A stretch of DNA of 32,000 bases from Methanothermus fervidus DSM 2088 (GTDB lineage Archaea > Methanobacteriota > Methanobacteria > DSM-2088 > Methanothermaceae), in assembly GCA_000166095.1 (NCBI GenBank), contig CP002278.1, positions 240,001-272,000 of the forward strand, read 5' to 3'. Shown piece by piece: positions 29,888-32,000 of the stretch. Numbering within the stretch: position 1 is the stretch's first letter; each line of letters starts with the position of its first letter. Below the pieces are notes generated by a model, which had not been told where the DNA came from, did no database searches, and saw nothing but the letters and a program-made list of their open reading frames with translations. Position numbers and translations under genes: made by a program.

Positions 29888-31887
29888 TCTAAATTTAATC
29901 TTTTTCCATACCATTTTTTATAATATTCCATATATTCTCCTGTTTTTATTCGTTTCCACCATTCCTTGTTTTCTATATACCATTTTATAGTTTTTTCAAG
30001 GCCTTCTTCAAATGAATATTCGGGCTTCCATCCTAATTCATTTTTAATTTTGCTAGAATCTAATGCATATCTATAATCATGGGCTGGCCTATCTTTAACA
30101 AACTTTATTAGTGATTGTGGTTTATTTAATTTTTTTAATATTAATTTTACTACCTCTATATTCCTCTTTTCATTGTTAGCACTCACGTTGTAAATTTCAC
30201 CATTTTTACCTTTATGTAAAATTAGATCAATAGCTTTACATGTATCTTTAACATATAACCAATCTCTGATATTTGATCCATCACCATAGATAGGTAATGG
30301 TTTATTTTCAAGGGCATTGGTAATCATTAACGGTATAAATTTTTCTGGGAACTGATAAGGACCATAATTGTTTGAAGGTCTAACAATGTTAACAGGTAAA
30401 CCATAAGTTTTGTGATAAGATCTAACAAGTAAGTCAGCTCCTGCCTTACTAGCTGCATATGGACTGTTTGGTTTTAATGGCGAATCTTCTGTGAAATATC
30501 CTTCATCGCCTAGAGTTCCATATACTTCATCTGTTGAAATTTGTATAAATTTTTCAATACCATATTTGCGGGCAGATTCTAGTAGTACTTGAGTACCTAA
30601 TACATTTGTTTTAACAAATCTACCTGGTTCCATTATGCTTCTGTCAACGTGTGTGTTATGAACTACTATGTTTCCTACGCCAGCAACAAAATTATGAGAT
30701 CCTTCAACTTCTAAGTCATATACAAATCCTTCATATTTTTTTTCCGTAATTTTTTTACTTTTAAATTTACAATTTCCTACTTTGATATTATATGCATTCA
30801 TTTTATAGTCCACATAAAACTCTTTACCTATTAATAAAAGCAATAAACAAACTTCAGCTGCTAATCTTCTTGAGCTTGTCAAAAATTCTTCTTTTCCATT
30901 GTTAATTCCTTTCACTAAACTTTTCCAAAATATTTCTTGATACTCTTTTCCAATGTTAAATACAAAATTAGGAATTTTTTTACTATCACCATCATTACAA
31001 AATTTTGTACAGATTTTATAAAAATCTTTATTTTTCAACTTAAGTTGTAGAGTACCATTGTTTTCTGTTATTAAGCTGTTTCCATCAAAAATATTTTTAA
31101 AATCGTCAGATAAAATTTCTAACCAGCTTTTGTCATTGTCATTGATAATGACATAATTTTGTTTGAGATAACCACTTGAAATATAAGCAGCAAGTAATCT
31201 ACATAGAAACTTTAATTTTTTATCATTAAACATTCCTAATATTTTTGGATGTTTTATCTTTTTATCTCTGCATGAGAAATTCATGTCTCTTACATATAAT
31301 AGAGAGGGATTGGATTTCGCTGCTACAACCTTTCCATGTGTATTGTATACAGAGTGATTTGGTGTTACAAGAACTTCTCCTTGTTTTTGTTTTAATTTTA
31401 GAATCTTTCCTCTATATGGATGTCGAATAATTTTCCGAAGAGGTAGGAAAGTCCCAGAATTATTATAAAAAGATAATACCTTTATTTTTTCATTTGATGT
31501 ATCAATGATTTCATGTTTTCCATCCCAAATTACTTTGTTGCTTTCTTTCAATCTTTCGAATAATTTTTTCATGCTAAGTACTTGTATTTCACCATTCCAA
31601 TGAACAGTCACAAATTCTTCTTCAGCAACACTTTCAGCTGCAAAATTTACAATATAATCACATTCATACTTTTCAATTAATTTTTGAATTAGCTTTCCAT
31701 CAGTTATGCAACCTTTAACAAAGCTATAATTAGGAGCATCTTCAACATCTTTAAGATTTTCTAAATTACCTGAATATGTTAATTTATCTAGATTTATTAT
31801 TTTATATTGTGGATATTTATTCACCATATAACGTACAAAATTACTTCCAATAAACCCAGCTCCTCCAGTAACTAATATAACACTCAT
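29884..31887 (-). CDS. rfbB: dTDP-glucose 4,6-dehydratase interrupted by an in-frame intein (341-aa extein plus 326-aa intein)
   Basis: The N-extein is VTGGAGFIGSNF...NFAAE. The C-extein is THVDRSI...ISTDEVYG...SPYAASKAG...DGSNIRDWLYV. GGTGGTGAG SD is present. The ORF is about twice the usual length. Confidence 0.9.
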   Translation of the reverse strand: MSVILVTGGAGFIGSNFVRYMVNKYPQYKIINLDKLTYSGNLENLKDVEDAPNYSFVKGCITDGKLIQKLIEKYECDYIVNFAAESVAEEEFVTVHWNGEIQVLSMKKLFERLKESNKVIWDGKHEIIDTSNEKIKVLSFYNNSGTFLPLRKIIRHPYRGKILKLKQKQGEVLVTPNHSVYNTHGKVVAAKSNPSLLYVRDMNFSCRDKKIKHPKILGMFNDKKLKFLCRLLAAYISSGYLKQNYVIINDNDKSWLEILSDDFKNIFDGNSLITENNGTLQLKLKNKDFYKICTKFCNDGDSKKIPNFVFNIGKEYQEIFWKSLVKGINNGKEEFLTSSRRLAAEVCLLLLLIGKEFYVDYKMNAYNIKVGNCKFKSKKITEKKYEGFVYDLEVEGSHNFVAGVGNIVVHNTHVDRSIMEPGRFVKTNVLGTQVLLESARKYGIEKFIQISTDEVYGTLGDEGYFTEDSPLKPNSPYAASKAGADLLVRSYHKTYGLPVNIVRPSNNYGPYQFPEKFIPLMITNALENKPLPIYGDGSNIRDWLYVKDTCKAIDLILHKGKNGEIYNVSANNEKRNIEVVKLILKKLNKPQSLIKFVKDRPAHDYRYALDSSKIKNELGWKPEYSFEEGLEKTIKWYIENKEWWKRIKTGEYMEYYKKWYGKRLNLD
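30655..31632 (-). mobile_element. intein (Hint splicing domain plus degenerate LAGLIDADG endonuclease domain), protein residues 86-411
   Basis: Block A is S86-VAEEEFVTV (AGT at 31630-31632). Block B is LVTPNHSV (T at 31363-31365). Blocks C, D, E and H are LLAAYISSG, KKIPNFVF, LVKGINNGK and RRLAAEVCLLLLLIG. Block F is FVYDLEVEGSHNFVA. Block G is GNIVVHN (N411 at 30655-30657), followed by +1 Thr412 (30652-30654). Confidence 0.85.
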
Positions 31888-32000
31888 CTACTCACCACCA
31901 AAAAATCTTTAGATTTAGAATGTATAATTTTTTTGGAAGAAATTTTATAATTAAAAATATGTTATTAAAAATTTTTTAGATTTTTTGAGGTGAGATTATG

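Noticed and set aside
31998-32000. An ATG preceded by GAGGTGAG at the extreme right edge, probably the start of a divergent plus-strand gene.
   Set aside because: Only the start codon is in the window, so nothing can be evaluated.

Overview
This is a strongly AT-rich, very gene-dense window (about 39 real genes, tiny or negative intergenic spacers, SD motifs matching GGAGGTGA, and many TTG/GTG starts). The gene content is that of a hydrogenotrophic methanogen of the Methanobacteriales type. The type II GAPDH, the 2-phosphoglycerate kinase and the AT bias match what I remember of Methanothermus fervidus, but that is recollection and was not searched.

Recognisable genes:
- pheA 3' end and a tandem DUF364 pair.
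- Phosphate handling: a PiT phosphate permease and pstSCAB-phoU.
- A 5-gene operon containing 2-phosphoglycerate kinase.
- A PEBP-family protein and ftsZ.
- A long minus-strand operon: membrane protein, two small methanogen-type unknowns, core metE, thyA-like, mch and a PK-C-like protein.
- Carbon metabolism: the anabolic pyruvate:ferredoxin oxidoreductase operon porCDABEF running into fumA, plus mer.
- RNA modification: a RaSEA-like radical SAM gene with nep1.
- An STT3/AglB-like glycosyltransferase.
- gap, an endonuclease IV-like TIM barrel, an AAA ATPase and a nitroreductase.
- rfbB.

I saw no tRNA, rRNA, CRISPR array, transposase or integrase. The only mobile element is a 326-aa intein splitting rfbB. 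That is the clearest non-routine signal.

The best candidates for undescribed biology are hypotheses built on conserved unknowns:
- The phosphoesterase/2PGK/CBS operon as a cyclic 2,3-diphosphoglycerate turnover module.
- The two small ORFs translationally coupled to core MetE.
- The coupled DUF364 pair.
- An AglB-like protein with a degenerate WWDYG motif.

All family assignments come from reading motifs by eye. No searches were run.
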